From positions 1-14,627 of the forward strand of contig NW_021825719.1 in the NCBI RefSeq assembly GCF_006345805.1: a stretch of 14,627 nt of DNA. The letters run 5' to 3'. Positions 1-9,377 of the stretch are shown here, piece by piece. Both the position numbers and the translations under genes were made by a program. The stretch comes from Octopus sinensis (Eukaryota). Within the stretch, counting starts at the first letter, position 1. The number at the start of each line of letters is the position of its first letter. A model generated the notes under the pieces. That model had not been told where the DNA came from and searched no databases. It saw only the letters and a list, made by a program, of their open reading frames with translations.

Positions 1-203
1 AAGATAAAAGAATAATTTAGTTTTCATTTTCTTCTTTTCTCATTTATTTTGTCTACAATTAAAAGTTTCTTTTAATTATTATTTTTTTAAATAAGTTCCA
101 ACACTCTTTAGTTCTTTATATTTGAAGTGATCTTAGAGTACATTGCAAATTAGTATTTTCAGTTTTAGATTTGTCATTGGTTTTAAGTTCTGTCCATTAT
201 TGT

Positions 204-570
204 AGTGGCTAGCCCAGTAGTTAGAGCAGCAGATTAGCGGTTGTAGGATCGCGGTTTCGATTCCCAGACCGGGCGTTGTGAGTGTGAGCGAAAACACCTA
301 CAGTTCCACAAGGCTCCGGAAGGGGATGGTGGCGAGCCCTGCTGTACTCTTTCACCACAACTTTCTCACTGTTTCTTCCTGTTTCTGTTGCGCCTGTATT
401 TCAAAGGGCCAGCCTTATCACACTCTGTGTCACGTTGACTCTCCCCGAGAACTACGTTAAGGGTACACGTGTCTCTGGAGTGCTCAGCCACTTGCACGTT
501 AATTTCACGAGCGGTCAGTTCCGTTGATCGGATCAACTGGAACCATCGTCGTCGTAACCGACGGAGTGCC
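204..570 (+). mobile_element. tRNA-derived SINE, about 365 bp (head shared with the 8688-8997 SINE; tail possibly Ceph-SINE type)
   Basis: A-box-like TAGCCCAGTAG 210-220 and B-box-like GTTTCGATTCC 254-264. Positions 204-381 align by eye to the minus-strand SINE at 8813-8997. Possible TSD CATTATT at 195-201 and 578-584. The Ceph-domain assignment (GAGAACTACGTTAAGGG) is from memory and unverified. Confidence 0.8.
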
Positions 571-1059
571 TGTCAGTCATTATTATACTAAATGTCCTCT
601 ATAGGACAGCATTCCCAAACTTCCAGTACCTTTCGTAACTCACTTCATCATTATATATCTTTCAGCTCAATAAATGAAATGAGCCACTTACAAGATTTGA
701 AATATCTTTCGGTTTTGCTGTTGATATTACCTCATGTTATCATCTTGAATATTCTATTTTCAAATAACTTTTAACGCTTATTATAACACCTGGTTATCAG
801 ATACGTATTAAATGATATTAAAAAAAAAGAGTTAAGCTCATGTAGTATAGGAATGAGTATCTCCAGTTGTCTGAAGCTTGTGGATTTGTGTGTATATAAC
901 GACTCGATTTCTTCGTTCTTTGGGGGTGAACAAATGCTGTAGACACTTCTGAGGACACTTCGTATAAGGGCCGAAAATCTGATTAAGCGTGTTCATAATT
1001 TTGTTTCAATCTCAGCAAAATAGGTAAATTTGCTGCGTTTGTATGCCTAATACATGGGT

Positions 1060-1345
1060 ATACATATACATACATGCATTTACGTACATATATACATACA
1101 AACGTGCATACATTCATACATACATACACGCATACATACATTCATACATACATACATTCATACATACACAAATTCATACCTTCATACGTACACACATACG
1201 TACATAATTCATACATACATACATACATACATACATACATAAATACATACATACATACATACATACATACACACATACATACATACATACATACATACAT
1301 ACATACATACATACATACATACATACGTATGTACATACATATGTA
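1060..1345. repeat. (TACA)n microsatellite, imperfect
   Basis: Direct reading; it produces the IHTY/YVCM ORFs in the track. Confidence 0.97.
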
Positions 1346-1350
1346 TGTGG

Positions 1351-1581
1351 ATGCTCCTGGGTATAGTCCTACCGCACGGAACATTGGTGAAGTGTCTTCT
1401 CATATAGCCTTTTGTGACCAAAGTTTTGTGAGTGTATTTGGTAGACTGTAAATGAAAGACGCGGATCATACATGTATACATGTGTGTGTGGGGGGGGGGG
1501 CGTGTGTGTGCGTGTGTGTGTTGGTCCCCTACGACAACTGGTATCGGTGTTTTTACGTCCCCGTAACTTAGCCGTTCGGCA
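1351..1581 (+). mobile_element. Degenerate CORE-type SINE copy, truncated at both ends
   Basis: Aligns to the full copy at 2774-3168: GAAGTGTCTTCTCATATAGCC, GACCAAAG..TTGTGAGTG.ATTTGGTAGAC, an internal TG tract, then GGTGTTTTTACGTCCCCGTAACTTAGCCGTTCGGCA. Confidence 0.85.
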
Positions 1582-1745
1582 TATCGACCCCAGGACTTAC
1601 TCTTTGCAAGCCTAGTACTTATTCTTTCGGCCTGTATTGCCAAACCGCTAAGTTACGGGGACGTAAACACACCAGCATCAGCTGTCAAGCGATGGTGGGA
1701 CACACACACACACACACAAACTTATACACATACATATATACATAT
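1579..1745 (-). mobile_element. 3' half of a CORE-type SINE copy, fused tail-to-tail with 1351-1581
   Basis: Reverse complement reads GGTGTGTTTACGTCCCCGTAACTTAGCGGTTTGGCAATACAGGCCGAAAGAATAAGTACTAGGCTTGCAAAGAGTAAGTCCTGGGGTCGATATGC, matching about 3005-3100. Confidence 0.85.
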
Positions 1746-2051
1746 ATATATATGAAAATATATTATAAAACATATATCTAGAACACAAAAATTACAAAAC
1801 AATGAATATAATAAGTTATATATATATTATATGATAACTTATATATCTTATAAATTTATATTGTTTAATTTAATTTAATACTAAATTGAATTTTTGCTTG
1901 AAAGTTTTGAGTTATACTCCCTAATATTTTATTATGACATATATATATATAGCACCAGGTGGTGGTGTTAAGTCAGACATGGCCTGGGCCTATACTGGTC
2001 GAAACTTATCAAAGTTGTCAAAGTTATACATACTTATATGTTTGTATACTA

Positions 2052-2073
2052 TGTGTGTGTGTGTGTGTGTTGT

Positions 2074-2104
<31 letters not shown>

Positions 2105-2109
2105 GTGTG
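2052..2109. repeat. (TG)n microsatellite
   Basis: Direct reading. Confidence 0.95.
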
Positions 2110-2507
2110 ACAAACAGACGCTGCTTGACCAGCAGGCATACTAACCTCCTGATAACCCCAAAACCATTGATGCTTGAAGGGGAGTATACACCACACTGGG
2201 TACAACCTTTTTTCTCTCAATTCAACCTTACTGCTAAAACAAACAGGTTAGTAACAACACATTCTCGCCTTCAACTTAAAATATTCTGAGATGTATAAAA
2301 AATCCATTTTAATTTTTGCTGTCAAAATATTATATATATATACAAAGACGGTATATATATACATGTAATGTGACCATTTGCGACAACCAATAATTAACGC
2401 AACCAAATTTCCAATAATATTTTGTTTTATCCTTTTCTGCCAATTTTTCCAAATATTCTCATCACACTATTGAACTTCTCTGTTACCAAACACTATTTTA
2501 TACATGT

Positions 2508-2648
2508 AATGTGAACAATTTTGTATAAAAAAACATTTTTGAATTCATAATATCCAATGTGACAATTATGTAAAAAACTTTTTTGAATGCATAATATTCA
2601 ATGGTGACAATATGTAAAAAACTTTTTTGAACCCATATTATTCAATGA
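2508..2648. repeat. About 44-bp AT-rich minisatellite, about 3.2 copies
   Basis: Units GAATTCATAATATCCAATGTGACAATTATGTAAAAAACTTTTTT (2541-2584) and GAATGCATAATATTCAATGGTGACAATATGTAAAAAACTTTTTT (2585-2628), with partial units on both sides. Confidence 0.85.
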
Positions 2649-2740
2649 TACTTTTAATGTTACTTTTGACAATCTTTTACCAACGAGTGAAACCGGTTAA
2701 GTAAATAACATCGTTTAAATTGCATTTTCAAACCTTTTTT

Positions 2741-2773
<33 letters not shown>

Positions 2774-2776
<3 letters not shown>

Positions 2777-3168
2777 GGAGTGGCTGTGTGGTAAGTAGCT
2801 TGTTTACCAACCACATGGTTCCGGGTTCAGTCCCACTGCGTGACACCTTGGGCAAGTGTCTTCTACTATAGCCTCGGGCCGACCAAAGCCCTGTGAGTGG
2901 ATTTGGTAGACGGAACCTGAAAGAAGCCCGTCGTATATATGTATATATATATGAGTGTATGTGTGTCTGTGTTTGTCCCCTAGCATTGCTTGACAACCGA
3001 TGCTGGTGTGTTTATGTCCCCGTTACTTAGCAGTTCGGCAAAAGAGACCGATAGAATAAGTACTGGGCTTACAAAAGAATAAGTCCCGGATCGAATTGCT
3101 CGATTAAAGGCGGTGCTCCAGCATGGCCGCAGTCAAATGACTGAAACAAGTAAAAGAGAGTAAAGAGT
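2774..3168 (+). mobile_element. Full-length tRNA-derived CORE-type SINE (probably octopus OR-type), about 395 bp
   Basis: A-box TGGCTGTGTGG 2781-2791, B-box GGTTCAGTCCC 2824-2834, CORE-like GACACCTTGGGCAAGTGTCTTCTACTATAGCCTC 2842-2875 (compare MIR core GTGACCTTGGGCAAGT), internal TA/TG tract and GTAAAAGA-type tail. It sits in a (TA)n tract. Four other homologous pieces occur in the window. The family name is recalled, not searched. Confidence 0.92.
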
Positions 3169-3287
3169 ATATCTATATATATATATTATATAATATATAT
3201 ATATATATATTTTGTATATATATATATATATGTATGTATGTATGTACGGTCGCATGTAATCATGTATATATGTATGTATGTATGTAA

Positions 3288-3318
<31 letters not shown>

Positions 3319-3352
3319 TGTATGTATGTTGTATGTATGTATATACATATAT
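3169..3352. repeat. (TA)n/(TATG)n microsatellite
   Basis: Direct reading. Confidence 0.95.
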
Positions 3353-3538
3353 GTGATCACAGTTTATTGCAGTTGATATTTTATCCAGTGTCTGGTGTTG
3401 CACGGCAATTCGACCTTCAGGCTTCAGTCGAAAACTCATTCTCGCCTGAAGATCACATAGGCTCGACATTCGAGTCCAGTTCCCATATATATATATGTAT
3501 TAGTAGGCCAGTAGGTAGGTAGAGAGACAGAGGCAGAG

Positions 3539-3539
<1 letters not shown>

Positions 3540-3604
<65 letters not shown>
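3540..3604. repeat. (GAAA)n microsatellite
   Basis: Direct reading, about 16 units. Confidence 0.97.
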
Positions 3605-3605
<1 letters not shown>

Positions 3606-3822
3606 GAAGCTTGTACATATATCTGTTTGTACATATATAAATACACATAGAGAAAATTGATACGCGAATATCAATATAGTTATAGGGGATATTTTTATAC
3701 GGAAAACACATTAGGACGGTATCAAGTTAATGAAAACAGAGATTGAACCGATAGATATACTGTGTGTTTTGAGAACGTTCATATTCTGTAGAAGGTAAGG
3801 AGACAACGTGAGATAATAGATA

Positions 3823-4284
3823 TGTTTCTTTATTAGCCACACAGGGCTGCACACAGACGGGACAAATTACAAGGTAGAGCTTTTCTGTTTAGAGACAAAA
3901 AAGGTGGGTTGGTTTTCGATCAAAAGGGATCGAAGAGGGAAAAAAAGGTCGGAAAAATAAAAATAAAAGGAAGAATAAAAAAGATCGATCAATAGTGATC
4001 GTTATCAAAGAAATGTCAACATAAAGTGTAAAGGGGAAGACAGGTGAGCTTTACCCGTGGAAAGAAAAGCCTACGGAATAGACCACGATAACCTCGGTCA
4101 ATGAAATCACATGTTATATTTTTTTACAAATAAGCAACTCTCTGTATTAATTTTACGGTTCATAGGATCATAGTCAAGGTGGCTTCGTCATTCATACGTG
4201 CCATCCTTGCTATATTCACCTATCTCTTTTTAAAACATTCACTAGACAAAACTTGCCTCTCTACTCTCACTTTCCTTTTCAAGT
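3823..4284 (-). mobile_element. 5'-truncated LINE 3' end (Tx1/L1-clade-like): ORF2 C-terminus plus 3' UTR
   Basis: Exact 11-bp TSD GATAATAGATA at 3812-3822 and 4285-4295. AATAAA on the minus strand at 3829-3834, just before the 3' end. Coding remnant at 4160-4285. The clade call rests on the R.R.E...F..RW pattern, by eye. Confidence 0.75.
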
Positions 4285-4285
4285 G
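4160..4285 (-). pseudogene. LINE ORF2 C-terminal remnant HLKRKVRVERQVLSSECFKKR*VNIARMARMNDEATLTMIL*
   Basis: Manual translation: 42 codons with one internal TAG, plausibly from TGG (W). Resembles Tx1-type ORF2 ends. Confidence 0.65.
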
Positions 4286-4288
4286 ATA

Positions 4289-4340
<52 letters not shown>
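4285..4340. repeat. (GATA)n microsatellite
   Basis: Direct reading; it begins with the right TSD of the LINE fragment. Confidence 0.97.
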
Positions 4341-4341
<1 letters not shown>

Positions 4342-4479
4342 GAACAGGTAGACAGAAAGGCTGATTCGGCCAGATGTGTGGAATAACTGCATTATATAGG
4401 TTGACAGAATATACTACGGAATTCGTTCATATATATCCGTCTGTGTGTATATATGTACGCATATGCGTATTTATGTATT

Positions 4480-4768
4480 AATGTATGTATGTATGTATGT
4501 ATGTATGTATATGTTTACTTATGTATGCATGTATGTATGTATGTATGTATGTATGTATGTATGCATGTATGTATGTATATGTGTACTTATGTAGTTACAA
4601 AGAAGGAAACGTAAGTTATGCATACATACATCTCTCTGCTTGCATATATAAATATCTATCCACACAATCAATGTATGCGCACACACACACTCACACATAT
4701 ATATGCATAGAAGTAATCATACATGTATGCACACATATATACATATACATATACGCATTCATATACGC

Positions 4769-4807
<39 letters not shown>

Positions 4808-5000
4808 TATATATAGATAGATAAATCAATACACACGCACACACACACACACTATATATATAGTGTGCGTGTATGTTCATATGTTTGTCCGTGTGTATTT
4901 ATATGTCTACATCTGTATGTACGTATGCATGTGTATGTATTTGTATGCGTGTGAGTGTGTGCATGTGTATGTGTGCATGTGTATGTTTGTGTGTGTGAGC
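4480..5000. repeat. Compound (ATGT)n/(CA)n/(TA)n/(TG)n microsatellite region
   Basis: Direct reading. Confidence 0.92.
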
Positions 5001-5104
5001 GCGCTGGTATTGTCACAGTAATTCTTTATCAAGAAGTCCGTTCCTACTTGGTTTCTGTGTATTTCTGCTGTCTTTTTCTCATTTTAATTTAATTTTTTAT
5101 CCAT

Positions 5105-5212
5105 GTCTCTCTCCCTCTCTTTCTCTCTTTGTCTCCCTCCCCCCCTTCTCTCTCTTTCTCTCTCTCTCTTTCGCTCTTTGTCTCCCTCTCTCTCTCTCTC
5201 TTCATCTCTCTC

Positions 5213-5246
<34 letters not shown>
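5105..5246. repeat. (CT)n microsatellite
   Basis: Direct reading. Confidence 0.95.
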
Positions 5247-5249
<3 letters not shown>

Positions 5250-5569
5250 TAAGACTGAATCTCATCAGAATTGACTGAAAAACTATCCGTCAATTTCCTG
5301 TATTTCTCCCTTTCTCAACTATCATCAGCGCCTTATCTTTTTTCCCCGTTCTCTACACCAATGCCGGTTCTTCGCTGTGTAGAAAACGTACGTAGTAGAT
5401 CACCAGCGAGGAAGACATATCCGCATGGCCTCCACGGCCTTCCTTGTGTTACTCCCGAACGAATTCTCCAAGGAATTTCCGCTTATAATGGCATTTTATA
5501 TTGATGCCTTCTGTTCCATCAACTCTTCTAGCTTTCTTTCATCGGTCACCATTTTAAATTATGCATTGA

Positions 5570-5908
5570 TTTCTTCTCTCTGTCTCTTTCTCTCCCTTCC
5601 CCCCTCTCTCTCTCACTCACTTCCTCTCCCTTTCTTCCTTCTCTCATCTTTTTCATTCGCACTCTCTTCCCTACGTCTCCCCACCTCTGTCTATCTCTCT
5701 CACTCTCTCTCTTTCTTACATCTCTCATATCTTTCATTCGCTTTCTCTTCCTTACGTCTCTCCACCTCTTTCTCTCTCTTTTTCTTGATTCTCTCATCTC
5801 TTTCATTCGATCTCTCTTCCCTACATCTCCCCCACCTCTCTCTCTTTATTTCTTTCTATCTCTTTCTCTACTTAACTCCTTATCTATCTATCTTTCTATC
5901 TATCTATC

Positions 5909-5967
<59 letters not shown>

Positions 5968-6729
5968 ATCTATCATCTATCTATCTGTCTATTTGTCTGT
6001 CTGTCTATCTATCTATTTCTCTATCTCGATGCAAATATTTCTCTCTATTCTCTCTCTTTTTCTTTTTCCTTTCCCTCTCTTTCTCCCCCCTCTCTCCCTC
6101 TCTTTCATTCGATCTTCTCTTTAAACTCCCTACATTTATGTCTATCACGAAGAAGAGGGAAGTATCTCCCTCTTTTCTCTTTATTTTCATTTAAGCTTTC
6201 TTCCTACAGACGTTCATTTTAAATTCCTATCACTAGGTTTATCTCGACGATAGTATCTGTCCCTTTTCTCTCTAGTTTTCCTTCATCTCTCTCTTTCATT
6301 TTCTGTCTCTTATTCGCATTCGTTTTATCTCTCTATATCTGTATTTATCTCGATCCAAAGATCTGTCTGTTTCTCTCTGTCGATTTCTTTCATCTCACTC
6401 TCTTTCTGTCCTTCTCTCTCACTCTCTGAGCCTCTCTGTTTCCCTCTCTCCTATCTCTCTCTCTCCGCATCTTACTCTCTTACTCTTTCTCATTCTTTCT
6501 TTCTTTCTCTCCCCCTCTCTATCTTTCTCTCTGTCATTTCGCATCTCCCTATCTCTATATCTAAATATCTTACCCTCTTTTCTCTCTCATTTTCATTAAT
6601 CTCTTTCATTTTCCTTCATCTCTCACATTTTCTCTCACCCAATCTTTCTATCTCTCTCTCTTTCTCTTTTGTATATCTCTATGTATATCTAAATCTAAAT
6701 ATCTATCTCTCTTCCCTGTTTTTTTTTTC

Positions 6730-6772
<43 letters not shown>

Positions 6773-6884
6773 GCTTTACTTTTCTCAAATGCCCTATTTA
6801 TCTTTACCACTCTCCTTCTGTCGACTACGATCTTATCATCTCTCACTCCACTTCTCTCTCTCTCTCTTTTTCTCTCTATCTCTT

Positions 6885-6915
<31 letters not shown>

Positions 6916-6940
6916 TTTACTCACTTCTCCATTTCCTTTT
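5570..6940. repeat. About 1.4-kb polypyrimidine (CT-rich) tract with (TATC)n at 5880-6020 and a degenerate 70-80-bp repeat
   Basis: The motif CTCTCAT.TTTCATTCG..CTCTCTTCCCTACGTCTCCCCACCTCT recurs at about 5641, 5722 and 5791, and partly at about 6100. Confidence 0.9.
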
Positions 6941-7107
6941 CATTTGTCATGCTGTTATGACGGGAAATGTTCAGATTATGGACAACTAGAAAAAGAAATT
7001 TCACAGTAATGCTTTCTTTCAAGAAATATATCCAGGATGCTATGCTATACAGACTTTGTTTCTATCTACCTTTTATATAGAACAGTCAATAGACGTTTGT
7101 ATATATA

Positions 7108-7367
7108 TTCTTTTATTCTGTTACTTGTTTCAGTCATTTGACTGCGGCCGTGCTGGGGTGCCGCCTTCAGTGGAACACATCGAACCCAGAACATATTCTG
7201 TAGGCCTTGTACTTATTACGAGGAAGTAAACACACAAACATCGATTGTCAAGCAATATGGGGGGGGGGACAAACAGATAAAAGCATATATATATATATAT
7301 GTCTGTGTGTGTGTGAGTGTATACGACAGGCTTCTTTCAGTTTCCGCCTACCAAATCTACTCGCAAG
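7108..7367 (-). mobile_element. 5'-truncated CORE-type SINE copy
   Basis: TTACTTGTTTCAGTCATTTGACTGCGGCC and CGACAGGCTTCTTTCAGTTTCCGCCTACCAAAT are reverse complements of about 2891-3160, with internal deletions. Confidence 0.9.
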
Positions 7368-7834
7368 TATAACTAGTAAATTAGCAATAAATGGTAACGA
7401 TATTAATAGTATTAACCACGCTAGGGGTGCGAGAAATAGCTATAGCAGACGCCCTAATCAAAGGGAAGCAACCGTAACTAACTCAAGCCTAATACTAGGA
7501 AGGGAAGACAAGAACGCTAGAAAGTGCAATACCCAGAATGTCATGAATGGGAATAACAAAAATAACCTGGAAAATAGCCAAAGTACGTTAGTGACTACTC
7601 TCAATGAAGAGCTAAAAACTCTGATTGCGCAAGGAAAAGACAATGTCCTTTAAACTTCGAATGTAAAAATTGAAAATGTAGTTTACAGGTGAAAAGTCAC
7701 ACCAGAATACAAAATGTATTTCTATATAGGTCCTAGCTCACGTATTAAACGATGGATAGCCAACCCTGAAAGTCCTTTCTGATGCTGGGAAAAATTATTC
7801 TAGCCTAAGGAAAATAATTTGGTCGCTTCGACAA
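7368..7834 (+). mobile_element. Penelope-like retroelement remnant (linker, Cys motif and GIY-YIG endonuclease), frameshifted
   Basis: SYSRRPN at 7438-7458 (compare SYSCxPN). NSDCARKRQCPLNFECK at 7617-7667 in a shifted frame (CxC...CPL..EC motif). IENVVYR*KVTPEYKMYFYIGPSSRIKRWIANPESPF at 7669-7779 (VVY...YIG). Then, shifted again, KNYSSLRKIIWSLRQ to 7834. The motif order matches PLE C-termini. Confidence 0.85.
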
Positions 7835-7884
7835 GTGCCTTTTACTATAGCCTCAGGCCATGCAAAGCCTTGTGAATGAATTTT
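7832..7884 (+). mobile_element. CORE-domain fragment of the same CORE-type SINE
   Basis: CAAGTGCCTTTTACTATAGCCTCAGGCCATGCAAAGCCTTGTGAATGAATTT matches 2853-2904 and is followed by a TG tract. Confidence 0.8.
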
Positions 7885-8687
7885 GTGTGTGTGTGTATGT
7901 GTGTGTGTGTTCGTGTGTACGTATGTGTTTGTGCGTGTATATATATATACATATAATTGAGTTAGTGGCTAAATCTCAAAACTTGGTAACTGTCTGCGTG
8001 AAGGCTACGAAAATAGATACTTATTCAGATTTTTCACCGTAATAAATATTTAATGATTCTAAGTATAAATTTACTGAATACAACATAATTACTATAACTA
8101 TGGCTAAATGAGAATTAAATTATTATAATATAAAACTAAATATTTAATTACCGTATTGCCGATAATATCATTCACAATTATAATTTGACTTACGTAAAAT
8201 AATTTTTTAATACGGCCTCCAACTTCAGTATGTCTCCTTATAATAATAGCCGATAAAAATATTAGTTGGCTGCTCGCTTGGTTTGTTGATTTCTCTAGTC
8301 ATACTTTACATTCTATAGAGAGAAGAGGAGAGAATAAGAAAGAGATACAGATTTAACATAAGAGATATAGGATTAGTGCAGACAACTGGTGGCAGACAAA
8401 GGATATAAGAATGCTATAGAAACTTATACTAAGAGAGAAAGAACCATAGAGACGTAAGGTCCTGTGCTTGCATTTCACAGGTAGCAAACACTTCAATGAA
8501 TTTTTGAGAGAGTTAGACAGACAAATAAAGACAGAGAAAGAGGGATAGATAGATAGATAAATAGATAGATAGATGCCTGGATATATAGATAAATAGAGAG
8601 AGAGAAATGGGAGGAAGACTAAATGTGTATGTGAGCTTCCATAGTATTGACAATGTATTTCCAATTTCTTATTTACTTTCTCGATAT

Positions 8688-8997
8688 GTTGTTTGTTGTT
8701 TGTCCCTTCTCGAGCCACGTCTGGCTCTTTAGGGCCGATTTCCCGGTTTTCTTGGCGTATAGGTTCCCCACCTGGACGGGACGCCGGTCCGTCGCAAGTG
8801 AGCCGCAAGATGCAGGAGGAAAGAGTGAGAGAAAGCTGCGGTGAAAGAGTCAGCAGAATTTCGCCATTACCTTCTGCCGGAGCTGCTTGGAGGTTAGGTG
8901 TTTCGCTCATAAACATACGCATCGCCAGGTCTGAGATTCGAACCCGCGATCCCTCGACCGCGAGTCCGCTGCCCTAACCAGTATGCCATGTGCTTCC
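8688..8997 (-). mobile_element. tRNA-derived SINE, 310 bp, with a V-domain-like 3' region
   Basis: Minus-strand A-box TGGCATACTGG (8978-8988) and B-box GGTTCGAATCTC (8933-8944), with an (AAC)-like tail at 8688-8702. 13-bp TSD ACTTTCTCGATAT 8675-8687 / ACTTTTTCGATAT 8998-9010. CTTGCGACGGACCGGCGTCCCGTCCAGG (8771-8798) resembles the recalled V-SINE motif CTGCGATGGACTGGC...GTCCAGG. Confidence 0.88.
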
Positions 8998-9329
8998 ACT
9001 TTTTCGATATAGTTTTATTTAATTTTAAGATAATAAACATTAGGAAACTACTTTGTTAGAAACAGTGTACGAGAGAGAAGCAGCGTACGAAACTATTCCT
9101 TTAGAACACAAATTTTCTATCAAACTGGTTTCCTAGTTACAAAACCAGCGATTGTATGACACTATGTTTTCTATATATTGCAAGCGAGGTAAACTATTGC
9201 CAGGCTTAGCAACGAGTATCCACCACCGAGGAGATACATCACAGGTCAAAACCACATAGTTTGGTCATCTTGAAGCCAGTGTGGCAGGAGATATCTACCG
9301 CTGTGCAATGAATATCGGGTGCGAGAAAG

Positions 9330-9377
9330 CTTCTTCAGGTTTCTTGGGGAAATTTCGTACCTGGGTTCTCCTAAGTA
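9330..9377 (-). mobile_element. Short inverted fragment of the 10086-10240 pLTR-like repeat
   Basis: Reverse complement TACTTAGGAGAACCCAGGTACGAAATTTCCCCAAGAAACCTGAAGAAG versus TACCTTAGGAGTGAGAACCCAGGTTCGAAATTTCC(GCATTTCC)CCAAGACACCTGATGAAG at 10096-10155. Confidence 0.8.

Noticed and set aside
830-1030. Candidate coding exon (about 50 open codons in several minus-strand frames; AG/GTAAAT at about 1023)
   Set aside because: No consistent acceptor-donor pair and no recognisable protein. Cannot be supported without RNA data.
1974-2010. Hammerhead-like GGCC...GGTC-GAAAC
   Set aside because: The upstream core reads CAGACAT instead of CTGANGA, and I found no stem I. At best a heavily decayed pLTR.
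2508-2648. CRISPR-like repeat array
   Set aside because: The units are contiguous with no unique spacers, the context is eukaryotic and there are no cas genes.
2774-2845. tRNA gene calls at the SINE heads (also 204-275, 8925-8997, 12017-12095)
   Set aside because: A/B boxes are present, but I could not build full cloverleafs, and each continues into SINE body sequence.
5262-5328. Two minus-strand CTGATGA motifs (5262-5268 and 5322-5328)
   Set aside because: No stem II closed by GAAA follows either motif.
5425-6222. 265-aa ORF, the longest in the window
   Set aside because: Almost entirely CT/TATC low-complexity sequence. Pyrimidine tracts cannot encode stop codons.
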